The notes under the pieces were generated by a model. That model saw only the letters and a program-made list of their open reading frames with translations, ran no database searches and was not told where the DNA came from. 64,000 bases of DNA from Actinomycetota bacterium (GTDB lineage Bacteria > Actinomycetota > Thermoleophilia > Gaiellales > Gaiellaceae). The stretch lies in contig PLBK01000021.1 of the NCBI GenBank assembly GCA_003134505.1, positions 157,276 through 221,275 of the forward strand. Reading direction: 5' to 3'. The number at the start of each line of letters is the position of its first letter. The stretch's first letter is position 1. Shown here piece after piece: positions 37,565-45,732 of this stretch. A program made the position numbers and the translations under genes.

Positions 37565-37903
37565 ATGCCGACCAGTCCGTTCTCGAAAGCCGTGCTCCAG
37601 AAGCTGGAGCAGATGCGGATGGACGAGGTCTCCGGCGTGGATGCCGGGGCCAACCTGATCGACGGCTGGATGGTCATGAAGAACCGGCAGCGCGTCGAAA
37701 AGGCGCTGACGGACCTGATCGACAAGACCGACGTCCGGGCCGACCGTCACGCAGTCCGGCACCCGAGCACCGGCCGCTACGTCCCGAAGCCGAAGCCGGA
37801 GGACGAGATCGACGGCGCAGCGGCGGCATCCGCCAACGGCGCCATGAAGACGGTCCTGCCGTGGCGGCACGGCGGGCTTCCGCTTCTCTGCTTCCGCCGC
37901 TGA
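37565..37903 (+). CDS. hypothetical protein; N-terminal EVSGVDAGAN motif faintly reminiscent of phage head-maturation/scaffold proteins
   Basis: ATG 37565 inside ORF 37349..37903; motif similarity is weak and from memory. Confidence 0.35.
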   Translation: MPTSPFSKAVLQKLEQMRMDEVSGVDAGANLIDGWMVMKNRQRVEKALTDLIDKTDVRADRHAVRHPSTGRYVPKPKPEDEIDGAAAASANGAMKTVLPWRHGGLPLLCFRR

Positions 37904-38062
37904 TCAGGCGGCTGCCGCTGCACGCTGTCAGCTCCCGCGCGGCAGTACCAGCCACGAAGGCGCTCATTCAATGGCCAGAGCTTGGTTCGCTCGGCGAACG
38001 CGCGTACCTGGCCGAGGATCCCTGGCGATCTCCGGCCCGCTTCGCCACGTCCAAAAAGAGGA

Positions 38063-38854
38063 CTAGAGAAGCTGCTTCGCGCGAGACTGGAACAACCCAA
38101 TCTCGTAGCCGACGTCGTATTCGAGCTGCGCGACGGTATAGGGCTTGCCCTTGGGGCCGAAGACTGCGCAGGTGTCAATGACGACGAGCACCTCAGTGCG
38201 CTGCGAGGCGGCGAGCAGGCAGTGTCCCACAGGAACCCGCCGTACGCGAAACCGAATAGCCATGCCAAGCGGAGGTGTCGCGGTCGGCTTCAAGCACGAC
38301 GTTGGTGGGCAGCTCTTCGCGAAGACGCTCACCGCATTAGCAGCGGAGTTGAAGAGGTAGACGGAGATGATCGCCTCTGGTCTGTTCAGTCCCCGATCCC
38401 GATACGTCGCTCTCGCGCCGCCGACGAATCCGGCCCATAACGATCCGATTCTGTTGACGGACGATCGTGTGTCGTACTCCGCCTTGCTCGCCGTGGGAAA
38501 AATGGCGATTGCCGTGGCGGCGGTTATCCGTTTGGTCCCCGACGGTGCCGTGTAGTAGGTGAGATGTCCGCTCGGCGGGCAGTCGAACCCATACTTGTGG
38601 TACTCGGGATTACCGACCTTGCAGAACTCGCCCGCATGGAGGCACTTCTCACCCCAGCTCAACTGCGCGTCAACGAAGCCGGGTGGGCATGTCTTGAGCG
38701 TGTGGGCGGGATGGTCTGCGCGGAACTGGTGCGCCGAGCCTGCGAGGGCTGTCCCACTTGCGAAAGCCGTCCCGGTCGCAAGAGCCACGGTCGCGATGAG
38801 TGCGCCGATCCGAGATCGAGTGGAGATCTTCGTCGTCAGGGTCTTGTACGTCAC
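38063..38854 (-). CDS. secreted Cys-rich hypothetical protein
   Basis: GTG 38854 overlaps upstream stop (GTGA); signal peptide IGALIATVALATGTAFASGTALA. Confidence 0.5.
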   Translation of the reverse strand: MTYKTLTTKISTRSRIGALIATVALATGTAFASGTALAGSAHQFRADHPAHTLKTCPPGFVDAQLSWGEKCLHAGEFCKVGNPEYHKYGFDCPPSGHLTYYTAPSGTKRITAATAIAIFPTASKAEYDTRSSVNRIGSLWAGFVGGARATYRDRGLNRPEAIISVYLFNSAANAVSVFAKSCPPTSCLKPTATPPLGMAIRFRVRRVPVGHCLLAASQRTEVLVVIDTCAVFGPKGKPYTVAQLEYDVGYEIGLFQSRAKQLL

Positions 38855-39504
38855 GAAGCCGACAGCGCAGGAGGCGATGGCTTGACCGAATCCAGTGCTG
38901 CGAGGTCTTGTTGTAGTTGGGCGATGAGAGCTGGTACCTCGCCTCGGTAGTGGGCTAGAGCGAGGTCTAGCCGGAAGTCGAACCAGCCCGAGACTTGGGG
39001 GCCATAGTGGACGGTCGTCGGTTTCTGCCGATTTGAGACCGAAAAAATCGTTGAGCCGTCCGCGGTGTGCTGGAAGCCGACCATCTTGTCGAAGCGGCAT
39101 TCCCTTGTCTGCTTAGCCCCCTGGAAAACCACGCGCTGATTGGTGACGTAGACGGTCCCCAAATCAATCGCTGTCGGAACCGGCGCGCCCTGAACGAAGT
39201 GGCCTCTTGACGAACCAACGCGGTAGCGGATCGAGCGTCCGCCGATGCTGCCGATGGGGAACGACACACCGCTGGAGCGGCCCTGCCACTGACCCGCGCC
39301 CCGTCGGTCCTCGATGAGACCCGCACCGGTGATAAGCGCGAAGACCGCCTCGCCACGCTTCAGCATGATGCCGTTGGATGCCTCGCCGGAGTAGGTCTGT
39401 GCAAGCGCCAGAAGAGCGGCAGAGGCATCGCGCTGTTCCTTCCAGTGCGCCAACTGCGCGTTGTACTGCTTTGCAGCCCTCTTTGCTCGATACTTTTCAA
39501 ACAT
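38851..39504 (-). CDS. hypothetical protein with bacterial PH-like (YokE/GRAM-like) C-terminal domain; tentative
   Basis: GTVYVTNQRVVFQGAKQTRECRFDKMVGF pattern typical of bacterial PH-like domains. Confidence 0.5.
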   Translation of the reverse strand: MFEKYRAKRAAKQYNAQLAHWKEQRDASAALLALAQTYSGEASNGIMLKRGEAVFALITGAGLIEDRRGAGQWQGRSSGVSFPIGSIGGRSIRYRVGSSRGHFVQGAPVPTAIDLGTVYVTNQRVVFQGAKQTRECRFDKMVGFQHTADGSTIFSVSNRQKPTTVHYGPQVSGWFDFRLDLALAHYRGEVPALIAQLQQDLAALDSVKPSPPALSAS

Positions 39505-39657
39505 CTCCGCTTCGACCCTGTTCGGAGCCTAGTCGGCTCGACGGTAGTCCGAACCGCCCAGGTAGCACTCGGCGTGAAACATCGAGCCAAACCCTACAAG
39601 GCTTGTCGTCGCCCTGTGTTGACGCCGCCCAGCCCGTCGTGGAAGAGTCTCGCTGGC

Positions 39658-40170
39658 ATGGGCCGGAGAATCGCCCACGTCGCACTCCTTCTCGCAGTCG
39701 TCGCCGCCATCGCTGCGACCGCCTCGGCTGCTCGCAGGCCCATCCTGACCGAGTTCGGGGCTACGCGGAAGGTTTGGTTCGCTCACCACGTTCTCGACGC
39801 AAACCCGAAGCTCGAGCGCGGGTGCTGCTTCCTACCGCGGCAGCGCGACGGAACCGATCAGTACATCACGGTCCAATACGGGGCGGGCACTCACGTCGAC
39901 ATGTTCGAGATGGACTTCGCGCCTACCATCTCGATCGCATATGCGCGACAAGTCGTGCTTCGTGAAGCCGGGCCTGGGGCGAAGCTCGTTTACGACTTGA
40001 AACCGGCAGGTTGCGAGCAGATCGAATACCGCAGCTCGCTGCTCAGTCGAGCAGTCGGCGGCGCCATGTTCGCCGAACTCTCACGGAACGGTAGCGGCGG
40101 CGCGCCGAAAGGCCATGTCGGCGACGTTCTCTTCATCGCGCTTTCCGTAGGCGCCCATCCCGGCTGTTAG
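39658..40170 (+). CDS. secreted hypothetical protein
   Basis: Signal peptide MGRRIAHVALLLAVVAAIAATASA. Confidence 0.55.
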   Translation: MGRRIAHVALLLAVVAAIAATASAARRPILTEFGATRKVWFAHHVLDANPKLERGCCFLPRQRDGTDQYITVQYGAGTHVDMFEMDFAPTISIAYARQVVLREAGPGAKLVYDLKPAGCEQIEYRSSLLSRAVGGAMFAELSRNGSGGAPKGHVGDVLFIALSVGAHPGC

Positions 40171-40180
40171 AGGTGTGAAA

Positions 40181-40693
40181 ATGAACGGAGAGCCGACGCC
40201 AAAGCAGGCAGTGAGGGACCGGAAGACCGGCGATCTGCTCTACAAGGGATACAACGGAAACCTCGTCCTGACCGATCGCGGCGTGGTCGTCCAGCGTGGC
40301 GCGAAGGGACTCCTGCTGCAGCAGTCACTCCGAGGCGAGAAAGAGATTCCCTACGACTCGATCGTTGCCGTCCAGTTCAAGAAGGGCGGCATGATGGCGG
40401 GTTATATCCAGCTCTCTCTTCGTGGAGGCAGTGAGGCGAAGCGAGGGATCAACGAAGCACTGAAGGACGAGAACACCGTCTCCTTCCAGTTCACGAGCAA
40501 CGGCCGCTTCCAGGAGGCGAGGGAGATCATCAACTACCGAGTTGAGCGCACGAAGAATCAGGAGCAGAGCGGCAGCCCCCGCGATGCTGATCCGGTGGCC
40601 AGGCTCCGTGAGCTTGCGGAGCTGCGCGACCAGGGAGTACTCAACGAGGAGGAGTTCCTGGCGGCCAAGAAGCGATTACTGGGTCAGCTCTAG
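40181..40693 (+). CDS. PH-like (DUF4429-type) domain protein with C-terminal SHOCT domain
   Basis: LVLTDRGVVVQRG..IPYDSIVAVQFKKGGMMAGYIQLSL plus C-terminal LRELAELRDQGVLNEEEFLAAKKRLL (SHOCT). Confidence 0.65.
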   Translation: MNGEPTPKQAVRDRKTGDLLYKGYNGNLVLTDRGVVVQRGAKGLLLQQSLRGEKEIPYDSIVAVQFKKGGMMAGYIQLSLRGGSEAKRGINEALKDENTVSFQFTSNGRFQEAREIINYRVERTKNQEQSGSPRDADPVARLRELAELRDQGVLNEEEFLAAKKRLLGQL

Positions 40694-40819
40694 CCACCGG
40701 GTCGGTACGAAGTCGTGGCGGTTCCTCGAATGTCCGAAGGGGCCATTCCCTTCTTGCCGTACCAGAGCTAGTCGTACGCGGGACGGCCTCCGCCGGAGGC
40801 CACGGACAAGGAGGGCGAG

Positions 40820-41083
40820 ATGCCCGCAACGAAGATCTCCGGCCGCCAGGCGATCCAGCAGGTGTTGGCGGACGGCAAGCCGCGCAAGGCCAAGGCCATC
40901 GTCACGGCAGCCGCCGAGATCGCCACCGGCCTCAAAGGCAAGACGCCGGAGGCCACGCTCAGCGCGATGCTCTACGTGGAGGCCAAGAAGCCGGTCGGGA
41001 TCGTCGTCCGCACCCAGAACAAGGGCGAGTTCAAGCTGCGCCCGCAGCGCCAGGCCCGCGTGAAGAGGCCGCCCGCCGCGTAG
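40820..41083 (+). CDS. small winged-helix (HARE-HTH-like) protein; tentative
   Basis: 87 aa; ISGRQAIQQVLADGKPRKAKAIV..TPEATLSAMLY..GEFKL pattern. Confidence 0.4.
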   Translation: MPATKISGRQAIQQVLADGKPRKAKAIVTAAAEIATGLKGKTPEATLSAMLYVEAKKPVGIVVRTQNKGEFKLRPQRQARVKRPPAA

Positions 41084-41226
41084 GCCCGCAGCGCCAACCT
41101 GTCGAAGAAGGGGCCGCGAGGCCTCTTCCTCGTCGCCGGGCCACAGCGCGACGGTCCAAACCCGTCATGCGGCTGGGCTCCCCTTCGAGGCGATGATTCG
41201 GAGCGCCTGGAGCTTGCTCAACCAGG

Positions 41227-41553
41227 GTGCCTACGCCTATTCGCTGGCGACGTTTTACCTTCTTCGTCCTCGGCATCTGGTGGCTGGCTGAGCGCTCCGT
41301 GGAGTGCATGAAGTGGCTGATGGGGTGGCGGCGGGCATCCACGGCCGTCGCGCCGCTCCCGATGTTCGGCGAGGGAGTCGTCGGGGAGATGCCGATGCCG
41401 GGCCGGTCGCGGCACCAGCGCAGGACCTACGGCACGCTGATGCCGCCTCGTCGGCCCGGCTTGAGGCTCGGCGGCTCGGCCGCGTCCTCGGTCATCGCGT
41501 ATAGCTCGCCTGTCGGCGGGATCATGCTCGGCGGTTCTGGCTTCGGCGGCTGA
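41227..41553 (+). CDS. possible membrane-anchored Gly-rich protein
   Basis: Third-codon positions mostly G/C when read by hand in this frame; one hydrophobic segment FTFFVLGIWWLA; competing antisense ORFs overlap real genes. Confidence 0.3.
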   Translation: MPTPIRWRRFTFFVLGIWWLAERSVECMKWLMGWRRASTAVAPLPMFGEGVVGEMPMPGRSRHQRRTYGTLMPPRRPGLRLGGSAASSVIAYSSPVGGIMLGGSGFGG

Positions 41554-41643
41554 GCGCCCAGCCCTTCTCCAAGCCGCAGGGTCGGCACGCGGTCCCGGGG
41601 TGCAGAGGCGCCCGCAACCCCTGCGAGCGCCACTGCCTGTGCT

Positions 41644-42096
41644 CTACGCCGCCTGCTGCAGCGGCTGGGTCGGGAGGACGCTGAACGGCAGCGACCAGCC
41701 CTCGTCGTTGTGGCCGTCGATGAACGGCCGCCACTCGTAGATCTTCCCCGGCTCAAGGGGAAGCCCCGGCGGAACGTTCACCGCGAAGGCCCAGCCGAGC
41801 GACATGCCCGGCTTGACATGCGGTGCGATGTTCGGCCGGTACGGAGGCGAGTCGATGGCGAGCGGCTTCGGCTCCTCGTCCGGCTGCTGCTGGACGCAGA
41901 ACGGCTCGCCGTCGGCGTCGATCAGCTCCAGGCGGAACGTGTGCCACGAGGTGGCTTCGCTCCACGGGATGTCGATGATCCCGGCGACCGCGAACGGCCC
42001 GCCGGGGATGATGAAGGACCAGCCTCCACCGAGGACGCTGAGCTTGCCGTCGTAGCACTGGGCCGAGTCGGCAAGCATGAGGTTGACCTTGTACAA
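41644..42096 (-). CDS. hypothetical protein (last gene before attR)
   Basis: TTG 42096 six nt after GGAAGGAGA RBS (alternative ATG 42078); no family recognised. Confidence 0.5.
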   Translation of the reverse strand: MYKVNLMLADSAQCYDGKLSVLGGGWSFIIPGGPFAVAGIIDIPWSEATSWHTFRLELIDADGEPFCVQQQPDEEPKPLAIDSPPYRPNIAPHVKPGMSLGWAFAVNVPPGLPLEPGKIYEWRPFIDGHNDEGWSLPFSVLPTQPLQQAA

Positions 42097-42358
42097 CGGA
42101 AGTCTCCTTCCATCCGCAGTTTCCGACCCCCGGCGAACCGGGTGGGGTTGTCGGGCTGGCCCTGCGGCCAACAGGAGGGATAGTGACGGCGGGGTCGGAT
42201 GGTGCGCCGAGTTCCGGCCGTGCTAGCGTCCGACTCGCACCATCCGCACATGCCCCTCCGCCACACCGAGGAGGCTTCGGTCAGGGGTTGCAGGGGTGCA
42301 GCCCCTGACCATTTCTGCACCTAATCCCGGTCGGCACGCGGTCGGCGGCTCCTAGAAG

Positions 42359-42387
42359 AAGAAGGGGTGTTCTCGAATCCCCCGGGC
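42359..42387 (+). other. attR (inferred): aagaaggggtgttc-TC-gaatcccccgggc
   Basis: See attL; half-site swap regenerates two dyad-symmetric sites. Confidence 0.6.
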
Positions 42388-42825
42388 GGCTGCTTCGACA
42401 ACGACGACCATGACCCGAAGCCCAACGCGTATCCGCGAGAGACGAAGTCGACGCTCGGTGCGGGGCCTGATTGCTCAGGTCTCGTCTGGCGCGTCTGGCG
42501 CGAGTCGAACGTTCCCTACCCCCACGACAACCGGTTCTACTTCTGGCAGCGCTCGACGTACGACCACGGCCCCTACAACACGTTCGGGTTCAAGAACAAG
42601 ACGAAGGACGACGGGGCCCCGCACGTCAAGTACGACAAGGGCAGCATCATCACGATGGACGCGCTGGTGAGCGATAGCCACATCGCGCTCGAGCAGTTCC
42701 GGATCGACAGCGGCAGCGACTTCATGTGGGAGGCGCTCGGCGAGGCGTACGGAACCAACGAGTGGGTCGAGAGCTACCGGGCGCAGCCCGCGTTCAGCGG
42801 CGTGCGTCGTCTGGCGTGGGGATGA
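42367..42825 (+). pseudogene. 3' fragment of the split NlpC/P60-family hydrolase gene (catalytic domain)
   Basis: GAGPDCSGLVWRVW (catalytic Cys) and SDSHIAL (His); no RBS or credible start; in frame with 26055 fragment across reconstructed attB. Confidence 0.65.
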
Positions 42826-43508
42826 GCCGGAACAGCACGTTGAGAGGCAGAGGGGCGCTGACCGCGTCCCTCTGCCTCCTCGCCGTGGCGCCGGCGATCC
42901 CAGCCGCCGCCGGTGGGGCGGCTGCCGGCGCTCCACGGCATCTCGTCGACGGCTCCGTCCCGCGTCCCGTTCCGCCGGCCCTGCGGGCCCAGGGCGGGAC
43001 CTTGGTCATGACGACGGCTCGCCTCGGGAAGGTGAAGGACATACGTCGCCTGATCTCGACCTGTGTGCCGGGCGAACGGCTGCCAGCCGGAGAGACGGTC
43101 GTGGAACGGATCGGGGTCAACGGACGCGATCTCACCTTCCTCGCACCCGGTTCCTCGGTCGAAGGGTGCGATCGCAGCCCACGGGCAAGCCGCCGGCCGT
43201 GGTGCGGCGGCGCCGGCTGGATCCTTCGCCACGGCCGGGTCTCGGATGCTCGGCTCGACGTTTGCCTCGGCGGACGCGGCCGACTGGTCGTCGCGTTCGC
43301 CTGGATCAATCCGCTGCCGCACGCCCGCTGGATCGTCGTCGGTCAACCTGGCTTCCGCGAGGTGTACACCGTCGCGGCCGGCCTGCCGGTTCGCGTATCG
43401 ACTGTCTCCCTGATCGACCCGTCCCGCACCGTCTTCCACACGGCGCAATACGACCCGAACGGCGTGCTGCTCGCCCGCCGAACGATCATCGCCGCTGTCG
43501 CGAGCTAG
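42822..43508 (+). CDS. secreted hypothetical protein
   Basis: ATGA overlap with hydrolase fragment stop; signal peptide LTASLCLLAVAPAIPAAAG. Confidence 0.6.
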   Translation: MSRNSTLRGRGALTASLCLLAVAPAIPAAAGGAAAGAPRHLVDGSVPRPVPPALRAQGGTLVMTTARLGKVKDIRRLISTCVPGERLPAGETVVERIGVNGRDLTFLAPGSSVEGCDRSPRASRRPWCGGAGWILRHGRVSDARLDVCLGGRGRLVVAFAWINPLPHARWIVVGQPGFREVYTVAAGLPVRVSTVSLIDPSRTVFHTAQYDPNGVLLARRTIIAAVAS

Positions 43509-43885
43509 GGGAACCGCCTCGGCGCAGGCCCGTCCGGCACGAACGGGCCGAGCCTGTCCCGGTGCTCGGCGACGAGCCCGTAGACCCGTTCGATCGGCCC
43601 CTCGACACGGCCCAGCGCAGCGGCCGGCCGCTCGAAGCCGAGCGCGCGCAAGAGCTCGACGCCTGCGGCGCCCCGGGACGCTATTCGCCCGTCCGGCCGC
43701 ACGAGGTGCCAGGAAGCACGCTGGTCGTGCTCCGGGAGCGAAGCGAGGAGGGACTGGGCAGCCTCGTCCTCGAGCGGCAGGAGCGCGACGCGCCTGTCGC
43801 GGTCGAGGGTTGCGGCGGCACGCGCCGCGAAGCGGCAGAGGCGTCAACCTCCGTCGTACAGCAGCACCGGTCGTGACAGCTCCAC
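43505..43885 (-). CDS. DCC1-like (DUF393) thiol-disulfide oxidoreductase with in-frame TGA at first redox Cys: candidate selenoprotein (UxxC)
   Basis: Reads VELSRPVLLYDGG-TGA-RLCRFAARAAATLDRDRRVALLPLE.. continuous with ORF 43505..43702; family motif is YDGxCxLC; TGA at 43844-43846. Confidence 0.55.
43815..43828 (-). promoter_or_regulatory. candidate SECIS-like hairpin GCGGC-GCGU-GCCGC, 19-32 nt downstream of the UGA
   Basis: Hairpin read directly; overlapping alternative GCCGC-UUC-GCGGC at +11..+23. Confidence 0.3.
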
Positions 43886-43924
43886 CCGTCCATTCTGCCC
43901 GGCCCCCACCCCTAGACTGGCCCG

Positions 43925-44524
43925 GTGTCGAACCTGATCGATCATCACCAGTCGTGGGCGCTGGTGCTGCTCTTCCTGCTGATCGCGGTCGAGTCGGCGG
44001 GAGTGCCGCTGCCCGGCGAGACGGCGCTCGTGGCCTCCGGTGTGCTCGCGTCGCAGGGGAAGCTGAGCATCGTCGCCGTCATCGCCGTCGCCTCCGCCGG
44101 GGCGATCATCGGCGACAACGGCGGCTACTGGGTCGGCAGAAAGGGTGGCCGGAAGCTGCTCGAGCGCTGGTCGCTCGTGAACAGGCACGCGCAGAAGGTG
44201 CTGCCGCGCGCCGAGCGGATCTTCGCCAAGCACGGCGGCAAGACCGTCTTCTTCGGCCGTTTCATCGCCATCCTGCGCATCACGGCCGCCTGGATGGCGG
44301 GCATCTCGCGCATGACCTGGTGGCGCTTCCTGGTCTTCAACGCGGCCGGCGGCATCCTCTGGGCAACGCTGGTCGGGCTCGTCGCCTACTACAGCGGTCA
44401 CGCCGCGGCAACCGCCATTCAAACGTACGGCCTCTACGCCGCCGGGGCGATCGCGGTAGCGGTGGTAGCCGTCGTGCTCGGCCTGCGCTGGTGGGAGCGG
44501 CGCGTGGTCGCGAACGAGGAGTAG
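43925..44524 (+). CDS. DedA-family membrane protein
   Basis: LLIAVESAGVPLPGETALVASG and FGRFIAILR motifs. Confidence 0.85.
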   Translation: MSNLIDHHQSWALVLLFLLIAVESAGVPLPGETALVASGVLASQGKLSIVAVIAVASAGAIIGDNGGYWVGRKGGRKLLERWSLVNRHAQKVLPRAERIFAKHGGKTVFFGRFIAILRITAAWMAGISRMTWWRFLVFNAAGGILWATLVGLVAYYSGHAAATAIQTYGLYAAGAIAVAVVAVVLGLRWWERRVVANEE

Positions 44525-44566
44525 GGCCGGGGCGCGCCGGGCGGCTCCGGCTACCATGGCCGTCGG

Positions 44567-45688
44567 GTGGGTCGTTCGTTCGCCGGCAGCGTCTGTCGTC
44601 TCCTCATCGCGGCCGTCCTGATTGCGACGGCGCTCGGGGCGGCTTCTGCGCGACCCGCAACGCGGGCAGCGGCACGGGTGACGATCTTCGGAGACTCGGC
44701 GGCCGAGGTGCTCGACTACGTCACCGACGCGAAGGACTATCTCGCGCAGGGGCTCGACGTGAACTGGCAGCTGAAGGTCTGCCGACGGCTCGTGCAGCTC
44801 AGCTGTCCGTACGAGGGAGTCCGGCCGCCGACGGTGCTCGACGTCGTCCGGGCCTCGCCACAGGGGTCGCTCGGCACGATCGCGGTTGTCGACGTCGGCT
44901 ACAACGACTACGTCGACCAGTACCAGAGCGACATGGACGCCGTGGTCGAGGCGCTGATCGCCAAGGGCGTCGAGCACATCATCTGGACGACGTTGCGCGA
45001 GGTGCGTGACAGCTACCGCACCATCAACGCGACGATCCGGTCCGAGGCCGGGAAATGGCCGCAGATCGTGGTCGCCGACTGGAACGCGGCCGCTCAGGGT
45101 CAGGACTGGTTCAACTCCGACGGCATCCACCTGAGCTCGGCGGGCGCCTGGGGCCTCGCGCGACTCCTGCGTCCACCGATCCTGGCCGCCTGCGGCGACC
45201 CGTGCCAGCCGCCGCCCGCTCCAGCTCCGTCCCGCTCCTTCGTGATCAGAGCGAGCGCGGCAGCGATCAGGATCGGCCCGTACACGGCCTGGAGGCCCCC
45301 GCTGCGCGGAACGTACGCGCAGGCGACGGCCGCGTTCGGACGAGCAACGAGCTGCCGCCTGCTCGCGGGCCGGAAGAGCCGCGCCGCCTGGCCGACGCTC
45401 GGCCTCGCCATGCAGTTCATCTCGGCTCCGGGGAGCATCTGCTCGACATCCACGGGAACGGTCGTGCAGGCGCTCAGCCTGACCGGTGCACGCTGGCGAA
45501 CGTCGAACGGGCTCACGGTGGGCGATCCCCTCTCGAAGCTCCAGCAGCTCTACCCGACTGCCACCGCGCATCCGGCGGGCTACTGGCTCGTGAAGGCCGA
45601 TCGCGCCGGCAGCCACACGCTGCTCACGGCCGTCATCCGTTCCGGGCGCGTCTCGGGCTTCTCGCTGGTCGTCCGGGTCGGGCCCTGA
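44567..45688 (+). CDS. secreted SGNH/GDSL-family hydrolase with extra C-terminal domain
   Basis: Signal peptide; block I VTIFGDSAAE, block III GYNDY, block V DGIHLS. Confidence 0.75.
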   Translation: MGRSFAGSVCRLLIAAVLIATALGAASARPATRAAARVTIFGDSAAEVLDYVTDAKDYLAQGLDVNWQLKVCRRLVQLSCPYEGVRPPTVLDVVRASPQGSLGTIAVVDVGYNDYVDQYQSDMDAVVEALIAKGVEHIIWTTLREVRDSYRTINATIRSEAGKWPQIVVADWNAAAQGQDWFNSDGIHLSSAGAWGLARLLRPPILAACGDPCQPPPAPAPSRSFVIRASAAAIRIGPYTAWRPPLRGTYAQATAAFGRATSCRLLAGRKSRAAWPTLGLAMQFISAPGSICSTSTGTVVQALSLTGARWRTSNGLTVGDPLSKLQQLYPTATAHPAGYWLVKADRAGSHTLLTAVIRSGRVSGFSLVVRVGP

Positions 45689-45732
45689 CGGACCCGGTCC
45701 CCTATCCCGCGCTCAAGAGCCTGACGGACAAG

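Larger units (their letters stand above)
26393..42374 (+). mobile_element. integrated large-serine-recombinase element, 15,982 bp, no recognisable phage structural or conjugation genes
   Basis: Bounded by reconstructable attL/attR inside a split NlpC/P60 gene; recombinase gene adjacent to attL. Confidence 0.7.

Noticed and set aside
26393-42374. Calling the element a prophage
   Set aside because: I could not recognise terminase, portal, capsid, tail or lysis genes. The only phage-like hints are the serine integrase and one weak N-terminal motif (37565..37903). It is kept as a generic integrative element.
42774-43847. 357-aa minus-strand ORF
   Set aside because: Arg/Pro/Ala-rich. It overlaps the plus-strand secreted protein 42822..43508 and is out of frame with the DCC-family reading frame.
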